The translations under genes and the position numbers were made by a program. This document shows positions 1 to 11,245 of a stretch of 47,341 bases of DNA, in pieces. The notes beneath the pieces are model-generated. The model did not search any database, was not told the origin of the DNA, and was given only the letters and a program-made list of their open reading frames with translations. Source of the DNA: an uncultured Oscillospiraceae bacterium (GTDB lineage: Bacteria; Bacillota; Clostridia; UMGS1883); the NCBI GenBank assembly GCA_964604615.1, contig CAZRZU010000002.1, forward strand, positions 2,992 through 50,332, written 5' to 3'. Numbering within the stretch: position 1 is the stretch's first letter; each line of letters opens with the position of its first letter.

Positions 1-495
1 TTCTGCAATAAAAATGTCTTTTTTGCCAACTCTCAGGTTGCCGCCAATAACATCAAGTTCTCCGCCTATTGTAATTGTGGGGTCTGTGCCTGCCTCAAGG
101 AAAATTTGCGAAACCATGCCTGTTGTGCTTGTTTTTCCATGTGTACCGGAAACTGCAATGGGGTTTGAATATCTTTTCATAATAGCACCCAAAAGCTCTG
201 CGCGGTCAATAATCGTAATGCCCTTTTCTTTTGCGGCAATATATTCAGGGTTATCTTCCTTAACAGCTGCAGTATACACAATCAAATCCTGGTCTGTGAT
301 ATTTTCGCTTTTCTGTCCTATGTTAATAACAGCTCCGTATTCTTCAAGCTGTTTTGTAATATGGCTTTCCTTCATGTCGGAGCCGGTTACAATGCAACCG
401 TCGTCAATCAGTATGCGGGCAAGTGCGCTCATACTGATACCGCCAATACCAATGAAATGTATTTTGGAACCCTTAGCAAGTTTGCTGTTATCCAT
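1..495 (-). CDS. murC: UDP-N-acetylmuramate--L-alanine ligase, N-terminal part (3' end lies beyond the window edge)
   Basis: Reverse complement from ATG (comp. 495-493) reads [33 protein letters not shown]..., a typical MurC N-terminus with the GIGG nucleotide-binding start. A GGAGGG RBS lies at comp. 501-506. The listed + ORF 14..520 is its antisense shadow. Confidence 0.85.
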   Translation of the reverse strand, partial: MDNSKLAKGSKIHFIGIGGISMSALARILIDDGCIVTGSDMKESHITKQLEEYGAVINIGQKSENITDQDLIVYTAAVKEDNPEYIAAKEKGITIIDRAELLGAIMKRYSNPIAVSGTHGKTSTTGMVSQIFLEAGTDPTITIGGELDVIGGNLRVGKKDIFIAE

Positions 496-556
496 AATTT
501 CCCTCCCGAAAACATTATGATGTAAATATTATATCAAAAAATTTAGAAAAATACTA

Positions 557-585
557 TTGAAAAATTCTTATTACTTTGATATTAT
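557..585 (+). promoter_or_regulatory. sigma-A-type promoter upstream of spoVG
   Basis: TTGAAA (557-562), 17-nt spacer, TATTAT (580-585), preceded by an extended -10 TGa. Confidence 0.45.
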
Positions 586-651
586 ACAATTAATAGAGAA
601 AAAATCAAGTGCATTTAGTTAACTTGATTAAAGAATTTAGGAGGGAATGTA

Positions 652-924
652 GTGGAAATTACTGATATCAGGGTAAGAAAGATTGCTTCTGAAGGGAAAA
701 TGAAGGCGATTGTGTCCGTAACTCTGGATAATATGCTCGTTATCCACGATATTAAGGTTATTGAAGGTGTCGAAAAAATGTTTGTGGCGATGCCCAGCAG
801 AAAGAATGCTGAAGGAGAATACAAGGACATTGTTCATCCTATAACAAGTCAGCTCAGAGAAACTCTTCAGACTGCTATTCTTGCAAAATACGAAGAAGCA
901 TTGAAAGAACAGGTAGCTGATTAA
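652..924 (+). CDS. spoVG: septation/sporulation regulator SpoVG
   Basis: [11 protein letters not shown]...[32 protein letters not shown] is the canonical SpoVG sequence. GTG start with AGGAGGG RBS at 639-645. Conserved position upstream of glmU-prs. Confidence 0.95.
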   Translation: MEITDIRVRKIASEGKMKAIVSVTLDNMLVIHDIKVIEGVEKMFVAMPSRKNAEGEYKDIVHPITSQLRETLQTAILAKYEEALKEQVAD

Positions 925-1020
925 AACATTATTGAAATTAGGCAGGCCTATTTTTAGCTTGCCTCTTTTCGCGTTTTATTGAAAATTAATATTATTGATT
1001 TTATCAGGAGTTGTTGATAA

Positions 1021-2382
1021 ATGAGTTTTTCCCTTGTTGTTCTTGCCGCAGGTGAAGGCAAGAGAATGAAGTCAGAAAAATCAAAGGTTGTTTTTAAGGT
1101 TCTAGGCAAAGAAATGGTTAACAGAGTGGTTGATGAAGCAAATAAGGCAGGGGTCGACCACGTATGTGTAGTTGTAGGACATAAAGCGGAAATGGTAATG
1201 GAAGCTGTTGGTAATAATGCTGAATTTGTTACACAGCTTGAGCAAAAAGGTACAGGTCATGCCGTAATGCAGGCAAAGGATTTTATAAAAAAATCTGACA
1301 ATGTTATGATTCTGGCCGGCGATACTCCGCTCATTACAGCGGAAACCTTAAAAAATGCAATGGCAGCGCATGAAGAACAGAAAAATTCCTGCACTGTTAT
1401 AACTTCCGTTGTTGATAATCCTTTCGGCTACGGAAGAATTATACGTGACAATGACGGTAACGTGGAAAAAATTGTTGAACAGAAGGATGCATCAGATGAA
1501 GAAAAAGCGGTACGTGAAATAAACTCGGGCATGTACTGTTTTGATTCAGCACAGCTTGTCAGTGCCCTTGATAAGATTACTGACAATAATGCACAAGGAG
1601 AGTATTATCTTACAGACACCCTCGCGATTATGAGGGCTGAGGGATTAAAGGTTGGTGCATATGTCGTTGAACGTTCTGAGGAGATATCAGGAGTTAATGA
1701 CCGACTTCAGCTTGCTGAAGCTGAAAAGGTACTGCGGAAGCGAATTAATACTCATCATGCGTTAAACGGAGTTACCATCATTGATTTGGATAATACATAC
1801 ATTGAAGATGATGTTCAGATAGGTCAGGACACAGTGATTTATCCCGGTACAACCCTTGAAAAGGGGTCTGTTATAGGAAAAAATGTTGTTATAGGTCAGA
1901 ATTGCAGAATAGTTAATTCCACAATTGAAGACGGTTGTGATGTTTACTATTCGACAATGATAGATTCACATGTGGGAGAAGGCACCCATGTGGGTCCCTA
2001 TGCTTATTTGAGACCTAACAGCAAAGTTGGTAAGAATTGCAAGGTTGGCGATTTTGTCGAACTTAAGAATGCTCAGCTGGGCGACGGAACAAAGGCAAGC
2101 CACCTTACATATATAGGCGATGCTACTGTTGGTAAAAATGTTAATTTCGGCTGCGGTACCGTAATTGTAAACTACGACGGTAAAAACAAGCACAGAACAA
2201 CCATTGGCGATAATGCCTTTATTGGTTGTAACTCCAACCTTGTTTCTCCCGTAACGGTAAATGAAAATTCGTATGTGGCTGCCGGTTCAACTATTACCGA
2301 CGAAGTGCCTCAAGGTGCACTTGCAATAGCGAGAAGTCGCCAGGAAATAAAAACGCATTGGAAAGATAAACGTTCAAAGTAA
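1021..2382 (+). CDS. glmU: bifunctional UDP-N-acetylglucosamine pyrophosphorylase / glucosamine-1-phosphate N-acetyltransferase
   Basis: N-terminal [11 protein letters not shown] nucleotidyltransferase motif, C-terminal left-handed beta-helix hexapeptide repeats, 453 aa, synteny with prs. Confidence 0.95.
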   Translation: MSFSLVVLAAGEGKRMKSEKSKVVFKVLGKEMVNRVVDEANKAGVDHVCVVVGHKAEMVMEAVGNNAEFVTQLEQKGTGHAVMQAKDFIKKSDNVMILAGDTPLITAETLKNAMAAHEEQKNSCTVITSVVDNPFGYGRIIRDNDGNVEKIVEQKDASDEEKAVREINSGMYCFDSAQLVSALDKITDNNAQGEYYLTDTLAIMRAEGLKVGAYVVERSEEISGVNDRLQLAEAEKVLRKRINTHHALNGVTIIDLDNTYIEDDVQIGQDTVIYPGTTLEKGSVIGKNVVIGQNCRIVNSTIEDGCDVYYSTMIDSHVGEGTHVGPYAYLRPNSKVGKNCKVGDFVELKNAQLGDGTKASHLTYIGDATVGKNVNFGCGTVIVNYDGKNKHRTTIGDNAFIGCNSNLVSPVTVNENSYVAAGSTITDEVPQGALAIARSRQEIKTHWKDKRSK

Positions 2383-2404
2383 AGGATTAAATGGAGGATT
2401 AGTA

Positions 2405-3370
2405 ATGTTACACAATGCAAAGAACATCAAGATTTTTTCAGCAAATTCCAATCCTAATTTGGCTGCAAGTATAGCAAATCATCTTAATTTGCCTCTTTCT
2501 GCCAATAAGGTTGGTAAGTTTTCGGATGGTGAAATTTTTGTAAACCTTGACGAAACTGTACGTGGTAGCGATGTGTTTATCATTCAGTCTACATGTGACC
2601 CCGTCAACGATCATCTCATGGAGCTTCTGGTTATGATCGATGCATGTAAGAGAGCATCAGCAGGAAGAATCGTGGCAGTTATGCCTTATTTCGGCTATGC
2701 AAGACAGGACAGAAAGGCTAAAGCAAGAGACCCGATTACAGCAAAGCTGGTGGCAAACCTTATTACTGCTGCGGGTGCTACAAGAGTCCTTACAATGGAC
2801 CTTCATGCAGCACAGATTCAGGGCTTCTTTGACATTCCTGTTGACCATCTTCTTGGTGTGCCGCTTCTGGCACCTTACTACCTTGATAAGTTTGATTCAA
2901 TGGAAGATGTAGTGGTAGTGTCTCCCGATTTCGGTAGTGTAACAAGAGCAAGAAATTTCTCGAGAATTATTGACACACCTGTTGCAATCATTGATAAGCG
3001 CCGTCCCAAGCCTAATGTAAGTGAGGTAATGAATATTATCGGCGACATTAAGGGCAAGAAGGTTATTCTTGTTGACGATATGATTGATACAGCAGGAACT
3101 ATTACCCACGGTGCAGAAGCTCTTATCGAAAAAGGTGCTACTGAAGTGTATGCGTGTTGCACACATCCCGTACTTTCAGGTCCTGCAATGGAGAGAATTG
3201 CAGCTTCTCCCATTAAGGAATTGGTGGTTCTTGATACTATTGAGCTTCCCGAGGAAAAGAAAGCTCCCAACATAAAGGTTCTTTCTGTTGCTAAATTATT
3301 TGCAGATGCTATTGAAAAAATCTACGAGGATGAGTCTATCAGTCCTCTCTTTGCACCTCCAATTAAATAG
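2405..3370 (+). CDS. prs: ribose-phosphate pyrophosphokinase
   Basis: [12 protein letters not shown]...GYARQDRK...[11 protein letters not shown]...[12 protein letters not shown] are PRPP synthetase signatures. GGAGGA RBS. Confidence 0.95.
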   Translation: MLHNAKNIKIFSANSNPNLAASIANHLNLPLSANKVGKFSDGEIFVNLDETVRGSDVFIIQSTCDPVNDHLMELLVMIDACKRASAGRIVAVMPYFGYARQDRKAKARDPITAKLVANLITAAGATRVLTMDLHAAQIQGFFDIPVDHLLGVPLLAPYYLDKFDSMEDVVVVSPDFGSVTRARNFSRIIDTPVAIIDKRRPKPNVSEVMNIIGDIKGKKVILVDDMIDTAGTITHGAEALIEKGATEVYACCTHPVLSGPAMERIAASPIKELVVLDTIELPEEKKAPNIKVLSVAKLFADAIEKIYEDESISPLFAPPIK

Positions 3371-3381
3371 TTTAATTACAA

Positions 3382-3410
3382 GTCGGAAAATGCTGTCATT
3401 TTCCGACTTT
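3382..3410 (+). terminator. intrinsic terminator or attenuator after prs
   Basis: GTCGGAAAATG-ctgt-CATTTTCCGAC hairpin followed by TTT. Confidence 0.55.
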
Positions 3411-3438
3411 GTGTCGATTAAAAGAAAGGTTTAAAAAT

Positions 3439-3996
3439 ATGTATTTGATTGCAGGACTGGGTAATCCAGGTCGAGAATATGAAAAAACGCGTCATAATGT
3501 GGGTTTTACGGCGATTGATTATCTTGCTTATGACAAGAATATAAATATATCAAAAGTTAAATTTAAGGGTATTTACGGCGACGGAATGATATGCGGAGAA
3601 AAGTGTATTCTTTTAAAACCTCAGACATTTATGAATCTCAGCGGTGAAAGTGTCCGTGAGGCGGCAGAATATTTTAAAATTGCTCCGAATAATATTATTA
3701 TTATTTATGATGACGTAGACATAGAGCCGGGGAAAATACGAATTAGACCAAAGGGTAGCGCAGGAGGCCACAACGGAATGAAGTCAATTATTTATCAGCT
3801 TCAGAGCGATGAGTTCCCTCGTGTGCGTTTTGGTGTCGGAAAGGCTGAACACGGCATGGTTAACCATGTTCTGGGTAAATTCAGCGAGGAGGACGGAATG
3901 AAATTATCTGACGCAATTCGTCAGTTGCCGGCAATTGTTGATGTCATAATAAAAAACGGTGTAAACGATGCCATGAATAAATTCAACGGTAAATAA
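3439..3996 (+). CDS. pth: peptidyl-tRNA hydrolase
   Basis: MYLIAGLGNPGREYEKTRHNVGF...GGHNGMKSI are Pth signatures. I prefer the ATG at 3439 over the listed upstream GTG at 3409, which starts inside the prs terminator region. Confidence 0.9.
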   Translation: MYLIAGLGNPGREYEKTRHNVGFTAIDYLAYDKNINISKVKFKGIYGDGMICGEKCILLKPQTFMNLSGESVREAAEYFKIAPNNIIIIYDDVDIEPGKIRIRPKGSAGGHNGMKSIIYQLQSDEFPRVRFGVGKAEHGMVNHVLGKFSEEDGMKLSDAIRQLPAIVDVIIKNGVNDAMNKFNGK

Positions 3997-4005
3997 GGTG
4001 TAACC

Positions 4006-7000
4006 ATGAAATTTCAGGAACTGCTTTACGGCAGTGCAGAATTTGACAATATAATATCTCAAGCTGATAAGAACATGTATCCCATACATGTGACAGGGCC
4101 TGCGGAATCCGTTAAGGCTCATTTTGTCATGTCATTTTTGAATGCGGTAGGCAGGAAAGGTTTTTTGATAACTTACAGCGAAATGCAAGCAAAAAAGCTT
4201 TATGACGATATTATGTTTTTTGATAAAGAGAGCGCTGTTATCCTGCCGGAATCAGATATGCTCCTTTTTAAAACAGAGGCAGCCGGTAATGAGGCAGAAG
4301 AAAAGCGAATGAAAGCACTTATTGAGATTTTTGACAAAAAGATTGTTATAATGAGCATAATGTCTCTTCTTCAGTATGTGGTATCGAAAAAAGACCTGGA
4401 ACTTCTTGGATTTGAAGCTTCTGTGGGTGATGAGCTACCCATGGAGGAATTAATAAACCGCCTTTTAAAAATGGGGTATACCCGTCTTGACGTTGCGGAA
4501 AATCCGGGTCAATTTGCTGTCAGGGGCGGTATTGTTGATGTATACACCTCAGGCGGAGAGGCATACAGAATAGAATTTTTCGGAGACGAGGTTGATCTCA
4601 TAAAAATTTTTGACCCACTCACTCAGCTTTCCAGAGAAAAATGTGAAAGTGTAAAAATTATGCCGGCATCTTCCCGTAATTTTAAAGGCAGCATCTTGTC
4701 ATATATAGGCAAGGATGACCTTGTAATTATAGACGAGCCTAACAGAGTGAACGAAACTGCCGAAACGATACGTTTTGAGCTGGAGGATAATATAAAAACA
4801 CTTATCGAAAAAGAAGTAGAAATAGATGCCGAGAAGGAGTATATTCAAAGTTATGATAAGCTGATGAGTAAACTTACTTCAAACCCGATTTTATCGTTCT
4901 CGGCACTGAGCAGAATATGCCCTGATTACAGAGTTAAAAGCAACATGAATCTGACTGCAAAAACCTTGCAGAATTACGGCGGAAATATTGAATTCCTGTA
5001 TGATGATATCGCAACATGGAACAAGGCTAAATACAGAGTGTTTATACTGGGGGGAAGCGCTCAGCGGGCAAACAGATTGTGTGAAGCTCTCACCGACAAA
5101 GGGTTTAGAGCAACATATTATTCTTCATTTGACGAAATAACCGATGCTAAAGGCGGAATTTGTGTTATAAAAGGTTCGGTTAATAAGGGGTTTGAATATT
5201 CTCTCATAAATACGGTAGTTGTAAGTGATAGGGAAATTTTTGCCTCGGAAAAGAAAAAACGCAAAGTAAAACGTGATGCAAATACTGCAAAAATAAAGGC
5301 TCCGGTAGATATTTCGCCCGGTGATTTTGTTGTGCACAATGTTCACGGTATAGGAAAATATCTTGGTATGACGCGCAAGGAAGTAGGCGGAATAACAAGA
5401 GATTATTTTAAAATAGAGTACCGTGGAAACGATTACCTGTATATACCCGTAGAGCAGCTTGACGTTATTAATAAATACATTGGTGCAGGCGAAGGTAAAA
5501 GTGTAAAGATAAACAAGCTTGGCGGTGCAGAATGGGCTGCCACAAAGGCTAAAGTGCGAAAGAACGTTGCTGAAATGGCAGAAAAGCTTACTAAACTTTA
5601 TGCTCAAAGAAGTGTTGCAGAGGGTATAAGATTTGACAGTGATTCTTCCTGGCAGAGAGACTTTGAGTCTGACTTTATGTACGAGGAAACAGAAGATCAG
5701 CTCAGAGCCATAGAAGAAATGAAAAAAGATATGGAGTCTGCGAGACCAATGGATCGCCTGCTTTGCGGTGATGTAGGCTTTGGAAAAACAGAGGTTGCAA
5801 TGAGAGGCGCTTTCAAGGCTGTGGACACCGGATATCAGGTTGCATACCTGGTTCCAACAACAATCCTTGCACAGCAGCAGTATAACACTTTTGTGCAGCG
5901 AATGAAAAAGTTCCCGATTAACATACGAATGCTCTCGCGATTTTCATCAAAAAAGGAAACAGATGAAACCCTTCGCATGTTAAAAAGCGGTGAATGCGAC
6001 ATCGTTATTGGTACTCATAAACTACTGTCTCCGAAGATTGAATATAAGAGATTAGGTTTTCTTGTTGTTGATGAAGAACAGCGATTTGGAGTTGCCCACA
6101 AGGAAAAAATAAAGGAATTTAAAAAGAATGTCGATGTGCTTACATTAAGTGCAACACCCATTCCGAGAACACTTCATATGGCAATGGTGGGAATACGCGA
6201 TATGAGTGTGCTTCTTAATCCGCCGGAGGACCGTTATCCGGTACAAACCTATGTTCTGGAAGAAAATAAAGTTATTATTCAGAATGCAATAGAGCGCGAA
6301 TTGTCACGTGGAGGGCAGGTTTATTATGTTTCCAACCGTGTGAACGGAATGGAACATGTAACAGCGGAAATAAGTGCATTGGTTCCCGATGCACGGGTTG
6401 AAATGGCGCACGGTCAGATGAGTGAGGCTCAGCTTGAAAAAACTCTTATGCGTTTTTTGAACCGTGAAATTGACGTTCTTGTATGTACCACAATTATTGA
6501 GACGGGCATGGATGTTCAAAATGTAAATACAATCATAATAGAGGATGCAAATCATTTTGGGTTGGCACAGCTTTATCAGTTGCGTGGCAGGGTAGGACGA
6601 TCAAACAGATTGGCATATGCGTATCTGTTGTTTAATCCGCGTAAATCCTTGGACGAAATAGCAGAAAAGAGACTAAGGGCAATCAAGGAGTTTACAGAGT
6701 TTGGTTCCGGTTTCAGAATTGCCATGCGCGATTTGGAAATAAGAGGTGCAGGAAATGTGTTGGGTCCCGAACAGCACGGATTTATGGCAACGGTGGGATA
6801 TGACATGTATTGCCAGATGCTTTCCGATGCTGTTAATGAGGCCATGGGCTTACCGCCCGAACAAAAAGCTGTCGCGACGCAAATAGACCTTAAGGTTAAT
6901 GCCTACATTCCCAATGAGTTTATTAATTCTGAAGCATTGAGGATTGAGGCATATAAGTCTATCGTAGTTATTGAGGATATACAGGATTACAACCGTGTTC

Positions 7001-7323
7001 AGGAGGAATTGGAAGATCGCTACGGAACAATACCTTCATGTGTCGACAGATTAATGAAAATTGCGCTCTTAAAAAATACAGCGAGTGTTCTGGGAATTAC
7101 AGATATTACGCAGACCTCGGAAGGGATACGGTTAAAGTTTGTGAAAGCGCAGGAACCCGGCATTAAAGTTCTCTCTAAAATATCTTCGAGCGGTGTGGTA
7201 AAAATACTGTACAGTTCGGGCGACAGACCTTATATGCTTATAAGAATGCAGAGCTTTGGAGAAGATGATATTATCAAAAAAATTAAATTTGTGTTAAATT
7301 GCTTGCAAAACCCCGAAATGTAG
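4006..7323 (+). CDS. mfd: transcription-repair coupling factor
   Basis: 1105 aa. Contains the CarD/RNAP-interaction region (GDFVVHNVHGIGKY), DEAD/DEAH helicase motifs (GDVGFGKTEVA, VVDEEQRFG) and a TRCF C-terminal domain. Sits downstream of pth as in other Firmicutes. Confidence 0.95.
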   Translation: MKFQELLYGSAEFDNIISQADKNMYPIHVTGPAESVKAHFVMSFLNAVGRKGFLITYSEMQAKKLYDDIMFFDKESAVILPESDMLLFKTEAAGNEAEEKRMKALIEIFDKKIVIMSIMSLLQYVVSKKDLELLGFEASVGDELPMEELINRLLKMGYTRLDVAENPGQFAVRGGIVDVYTSGGEAYRIEFFGDEVDLIKIFDPLTQLSREKCESVKIMPASSRNFKGSILSYIGKDDLVIIDEPNRVNETAETIRFELEDNIKTLIEKEVEIDAEKEYIQSYDKLMSKLTSNPILSFSALSRICPDYRVKSNMNLTAKTLQNYGGNIEFLYDDIATWNKAKYRVFILGGSAQRANRLCEALTDKGFRATYYSSFDEITDAKGGICVIKGSVNKGFEYSLINTVVVSDREIFASEKKKRKVKRDANTAKIKAPVDISPGDFVVHNVHGIGKYLGMTRKEVGGITRDYFKIEYRGNDYLYIPVEQLDVINKYIGAGEGKSVKINKLGGAEWAATKAKVRKNVAEMAEKLTKLYAQRSVAEGIRFDSDSSWQRDFESDFMYEETEDQLRAIEEMKKDMESARPMDRLLCGDVGFGKTEVAMRGAFKAVDTGYQVAYLVPTTILAQQQYNTFVQRMKKFPINIRMLSRFSSKKETDETLRMLKSGECDIVIGTHKLLSPKIEYKRLGFLVVDEEQRFGVAHKEKIKEFKKNVDVLTLSATPIPRTLHMAMVGIRDMSVLLNPPEDRYPVQTYVLEENKVIIQNAIERELSRGGQVYYVSNRVNGMEHVTAEISALVPDARVEMAHGQMSEAQLEKTLMRFLNREIDVLVCTTIIETGMDVQNVNTIIIEDANHFGLAQLYQLRGRVGRSNRLAYAYLLFNPRKSLDEIAEKRLRAIKEFTEFGSGFRIAMRDLEIRGAGNVLGPEQHGFMATVGYDMYCQMLSDAVNEAMGLPPEQKAVATQIDLKVNAYIPNEFINSEALRIEAYKSIVVIEDIQDYNRVQEELEDRYGTIPSCVDRLMKIALLKNTASVLGITDITQTSEGIRLKFVKAQEPGIKVLSKISSSGVVKILYSSGDRPYMLIRMQSFGEDDIIKKIKFVLNCLQNPEM

Positions 7324-7366
7324 TGTATTATGATTCTAGATTTTTATTACGAAAGGAATAAACTAA

Positions 7367-8446
7367 ATGAAAAAAATATTAACAGTTATGATGGCTACGT
7401 TAATGATTATTTCTGTTTTTGCAGGTTGTAAAAAAGATGAGTCAAACGTTGAAAATGCTTCTGAAAGCGCTAATTCCTCATCAATTGATGCAGTATATGC
7501 AGACTTGGGAGAAGGCATAGTAGCCAAAGCAGGTGATTATGAGATTACAATGGAAGATATTTTAGTCTACATTGATTTGCTGGTACCCTATGTTCAGCAG
7601 AGTACAGGTTCTGACCAAGGATGGGAAGAAATTGTTCTCAGCAGCGGCTATACTGCGCGTGACGAGCTTATCAATGCTGCAATAGATGAATGCAGATATC
7701 AGTTGGCATTTGTTGATTATGCTAAGCGCGAGGGACTTTATTCTGACGAAGCGGCAGAAAAGTTTTATCAGGATTATGTAGAAGAAATCGGGGGAGAATC
7801 CGTAGTTAAGGAATACCTTTCAGAATACGGTCTTTCAGAAACTTCTTTCAAAAAGTACGTTGTGTATATCGGTGCTTATACAGCTGTGACAGAAAATGCT
7901 TGTTCTGATGAAGAGGCTGACAAGATTTACAACGAAAAGTATATAACTGCTAAGCATATCCTTATTCAGTTTGAAGGAAGAGACTCCGAAGAAGCTGCAT
8001 ATGAGGAAGCTGAAGCTATTTATAAGAAGGCTGTATCCGGTGAGAGCTTTGAAGATTTAATTACAGCATACAATGAAGATCCCGGACAGAATGTGGAAAC
8101 AGGATATACATTTGTTGAAGGCGATATGGTTACTGAATTTTACGAAGGCGCATTGGCACTTAATGTAGGTGATATATCTAAGCCCATTAAAACAACTTTT
8201 GGCTATCACATTATAAAGCGTTATGAGAACCCCAGAAAAGACTCTGAAAATTACAGCAATTACATTTCGGCAATCAAGAGCAGCAAAGCTAATGAATTTC
8301 TTTCTGACGAAAAGTATCAGGAAATAATAGCTGACTATCCTCTTGTTATTGATGACGGTATACTTGGAGATATTGACCTTTCAGCTTACACAATGGTATA
8401 CGATGAAAACGTAAATTATGCAGACGGTTCTGTGTTCAATGAATAA
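7367..8446 (+). CDS. PrsA-like peptidyl-prolyl isomerase lipoprotein (parvulin/PpiC domain)
   Basis: Signal peptide with lipobox VFAGC. Parvulin core ITAKHILIQF...FGYHIIKR. Confidence 0.75.
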   Translation: MKKILTVMMATLMIISVFAGCKKDESNVENASESANSSSIDAVYADLGEGIVAKAGDYEITMEDILVYIDLLVPYVQQSTGSDQGWEEIVLSSGYTARDELINAAIDECRYQLAFVDYAKREGLYSDEAAEKFYQDYVEEIGGESVVKEYLSEYGLSETSFKKYVVYIGAYTAVTENACSDEEADKIYNEKYITAKHILIQFEGRDSEEAAYEEAEAIYKKAVSGESFEDLITAYNEDPGQNVETGYTFVEGDMVTEFYEGALALNVGDISKPIKTTFGYHIIKRYENPRKDSENYSNYISAIKSSKANEFLSDEKYQEIIADYPLVIDDGILGDIDLSAYTMVYDENVNYADGSVFNE

Positions 8447-8451
8447 TTTAA

Positions 8452-8481
8452 ATGGGGTGTTGCTTTGCGCAACACCCCATT
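8452..8481 (+). terminator. intrinsic terminator after the PrsA-like gene
   Basis: ATGGGGTGTTGC-loop-GCAACACCCCAT GC-rich hairpin followed by a T-rich tract. Confidence 0.65.
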
Positions 8482-8490
8482 CGGTATTTC

Positions 8491-8519
8491 TTGACTTTTA
8501 TCCTGTGAAATGATATAAT
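8491..8519 (+). promoter_or_regulatory. sigma-A-type promoter upstream of lysA
   Basis: TTGACT (8491-8496), 17-nt spacer, TATAAT (8514-8519), with extended -10 TGa. Confidence 0.5.
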
Positions 8520-8555
8520 AATTCAAATAAAGTTCCAAAGAGGAGAGTGAAAAAC

Positions 8556-9851
8556 ATGCTTTTGGAAGGACAGGGTATAAATGCCCTTAACCATTTGACA
8601 GTTGGCGGATGTGACAGCATAGAGCTTTGTGAAAAATATAACACTCCGCTTTATGTGATAGATGAGAACATCGTGAGAAAAAACTGTCAGACATATAAAA
8701 AGGCAATTGATAAATATTACGACGGCAAAGGTTTGATCTTTTATGCATCAAAAGCGCTCTGCAACCTTGAAACTATCCGCATTGTAAGAAGCGAGGGATT
8801 GGGTGCGGACTCTGTGTCAGCGGGAGAGTTGTATACCGTGCTTAAAGCCGGAATGGAGCCGGAAAAAATATGCGTGCACGGCAATAACAAAACAGATGCA
8901 GAGCTTGAATTTGCCATAAAAAACAAAGTGGGAAGAATTGTTGTTGACAATATTCCTGAATTGAAAAAAATCAACGAGATAGCAAAGGCTAACGGTGTTA
9001 TTCAGAAAATATTGTTCAGAATAAAGCCGGGTATAGACGCACACACCCATGACTTTATAATGACCGGACAGATAGACTCCAAGTTTGGTTTTGCACTGGA
9101 AACGGGCGAGGCAGAGGATGCGGTGCTCAAGGCATTGAAGTATGAAAACCTTCTTGTAGGCGGTGTTCACTGTCATATAGGTTCTCAAATTTTTGAGTCT
9201 GCACCTTTTAAAGAGGCGGCAAAGGTTCTTGTGGATTTTATGGCGGACATTAAGGCAAAGTCCGGTTATGAAATGACAGAGCTGAATCTTGGCGGCGGCT
9301 TTGGTGTTGTATACACTGAAGGGGATGATCCTATCAGTTATGATAAATACATCGAAGAAGTGAGTGTTGTTGTTAAGGGTGCTTGCAATAAAAGAGGATT
9401 GAGTCTTCCGTTTATTATGATGGAGCCCGGCAGGAGTATTGTCGGCACGGCAGGTGTAACACTTTATACTGTCGGTGCAATTAAAAATATCCCCGGTATA
9501 AGAAAATATGTTTCTGTTGACGGAGGCATGGGGGACAATCCCAGATATATACTTTATCAGGCTGAGTATACAGCCTTGGTTGCAAACCGCGCAGGCGACG
9601 ATAAATGTGAAAAAATTACTCTTGCAGGTAAATGCTGTGAATCAGGTGACCTTTTGGGTGAGAATATGCACATTCAGAATGTTGAAGTTGGCGATAAAAT
9701 AGCGCTTCTCACTACCGGAGCTTATAATTATTCTATGGCATCAAATTATAACAGAATTCCCCGTCCTGCCATGGTAATGGTAAAGGATGGAGAAAGCCGT
9801 ATAGTTGTTAAGAGAGAAACTTTTGAGGATTTGATTAGAAATGACATTTAA
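8556..9851 (+). CDS. lysA: diaminopimelate decarboxylase
   Basis: Fold-III PLP decarboxylase motifs (YASKA, HCHIGSQ, GGGFGV, CESGD). ATG 8556 preferred over the listed GTG 8547, which overlaps the AGGAG RBS at 8541-8545. Confidence 0.9.
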   Translation: MLLEGQGINALNHLTVGGCDSIELCEKYNTPLYVIDENIVRKNCQTYKKAIDKYYDGKGLIFYASKALCNLETIRIVRSEGLGADSVSAGELYTVLKAGMEPEKICVHGNNKTDAELEFAIKNKVGRIVVDNIPELKKINEIAKANGVIQKILFRIKPGIDAHTHDFIMTGQIDSKFGFALETGEAEDAVLKALKYENLLVGGVHCHIGSQIFESAPFKEAAKVLVDFMADIKAKSGYEMTELNLGGGFGVVYTEGDDPISYDKYIEEVSVVVKGACNKRGLSLPFIMMEPGRSIVGTAGVTLYTVGAIKNIPGIRKYVSVDGGMGDNPRYILYQAEYTALVANRAGDDKCEKITLAGKCCESGDLLGENMHIQNVEVGDKIALLTTGAYNYSMASNYNRIPRPAMVMVKDGESRIVVKRETFEDLIRNDI

Positions 9852-10485
9852 TATTACTGAATTAATTCAAAATTTTATAGTGTTATTTACAGCGATTACA
9901 ATTCATGAGTACTCACATGGTTGGGTTGCTCATAAACTGGGCGATCCTACGGCAAAATCTATGGGCAGATTAACGTTAAATCCTTTGGCACACCTTGATC
10001 CTCTCGGTGCTATTATGATGATTTTCTGCCGTTTTGGTTGGGCAAAGCCCGTTCCGGTGAACCCCTACTATTTTGATGACCCGAAACGTGACATGGTTCT
10101 TGTTTCTTTTGCCGGACCTGCAGCAAATCTTATACTTGCTTTTGTTATTGCAACAATTTATCCGTTCTTGTGGACATTTATGCCGTCTGTATTTGGTGTT
10201 ACAACATTTTTTGGCGGGTTGTTCTTAGCATGTATATCGGTTAATATATCGTTTGCTGTGTTTAATCTTATACCTTTTCCGCCACTTGACGGAAGTAAAA
10301 TTTTGTTTTCAATTTTACCCAATCATGTATACAACAAATTATTGACATATGAAAGATACGGAACTCTTATTTTAATCGTGCTTTCATTTACGGGTATTCT
10401 GGGTAAAATTCTTAATGTTATTATCGGACCTGTATTTAATCTGTATTTAACATGGATAAACTTTTTGATAAAGCTTTTAGTATAA
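9841..10485 (+). CDS. M50-family (site-2 protease type) zinc metalloprotease, membrane protein
   Basis: HEYSHG (HExxH) in the first TM region and NLIPFPPLDGS second motif. Multi-TM. Overlaps the lysA stop by 11 nt. Confidence 0.8.
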   Translation: MTFNITELIQNFIVLFTAITIHEYSHGWVAHKLGDPTAKSMGRLTLNPLAHLDPLGAIMMIFCRFGWAKPVPVNPYYFDDPKRDMVLVSFAGPAANLILAFVIATIYPFLWTFMPSVFGVTTFFGGLFLACISVNISFAVFNLIPFPPLDGSKILFSILPNHVYNKLLTYERYGTLILIVLSFTGILGKILNVIIGPVFNLYLTWINFLIKLLV

Positions 10486-10495
10486 GAGGGTTATA

Positions 10496-11245
10496 ATGAG
10501 TGACGTTTCATTTAAAACAGCGGCATTTGAAGGACCGTTGGATTTGCTTTTGCATCTTTTGTCGAAAAATAAAGTAAGCATATATGACATACCCATTGCC
10601 GAAATTACTGACCAATATTTCGAATATTTGGAACAGTGTGAAGCAATGGATATGGAACTGTCCAGTGAATTTGCCGTAATGGCTTCTCAGCTTTTATACA
10701 TTAAATCTAAAATGCTTCTCCCTGTTTACGACGAGGAAGAGGAAGACCCCAGAGCTGAACTTGTGGACAGATTGGAAGAATATAAGCGCTATAAGGAAAT
10801 TTCAAAGCAGCTTGACGTTATGCAGCATGCCATGGATGAAAGCATTTTTAAAGCTCCCGAGAAACTGGATATACCTAAAGTAATTGTAGAAAATAAAATT
10901 ATGAAGCCCGATTTGTTATATGCTTCATTTTTGATGATTATGGAGCGAAATCTGGCTAAAAAGCCGCTTTCACCACAAAACTTCAGCGGTGTTATCGGGA
11001 AAAAGAGGGTATCTATACCTCATCAGTCCCGTCACGTTATGTTTATGCTTAAATCAAAGAAAAAGGTTCTGTTCGAAGAACTTTTTAACGGTATGAGCAC
11101 AAAGAGTGAAATGGTGGCAACTTTTATGGCTGTGTTGGAATTGATACGTGACAGCCATATGATTGTTATTGAAGAAGAGGACAAAATCATTTGTCAAAGG
11201 TGTGATGAATTCGATGGATATGACTCAAGTAGCTCAGACGATTGA
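10496..11245 (+). CDS. scpA: segregation and condensation protein A (kleisin)
   Basis: FEGPLDLLLHLLSKNKVSIYDIPIAEITDQY is the typical ScpA N-terminus. Followed by scpB. Confidence 0.9.
   Translation: MSDVSFKTAAFEGPLDLLLHLLSKNKVSIYDIPIAEITDQYFEYLEQCEAMDMELSSEFAVMASQLLYIKSKMLLPVYDEEEEDPRAELVDRLEEYKRYKEISKQLDVMQHAMDESIFKAPEKLDIPKVIVENKIMKPDLLYASFLMIMERNLAKKPLSPQNFSGVIGKKRVSIPHQSRHVMFMLKSKKKVLFEELFNGMSTKSEMVATFMAVLELIRDSHMIVIEEEDKIICQRCDEFDGYDSSSSDD

Noticed and set aside
14-520. 168-aa + strand ORF at the left edge
   Set aside because: The sequence is low-complexity and Ser/Pro/Ile-rich with no recognisable family. It lies exactly antisense to a clear MurC N-terminus with an RBS, so it is a shadow ORF.
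8482-8555. Possible lysine (L-box) riboswitch upstream of lysA
   Set aside because: The promoter-to-start distance is only about 35 nt, far too short for an L-box, and no conserved elements were seen.
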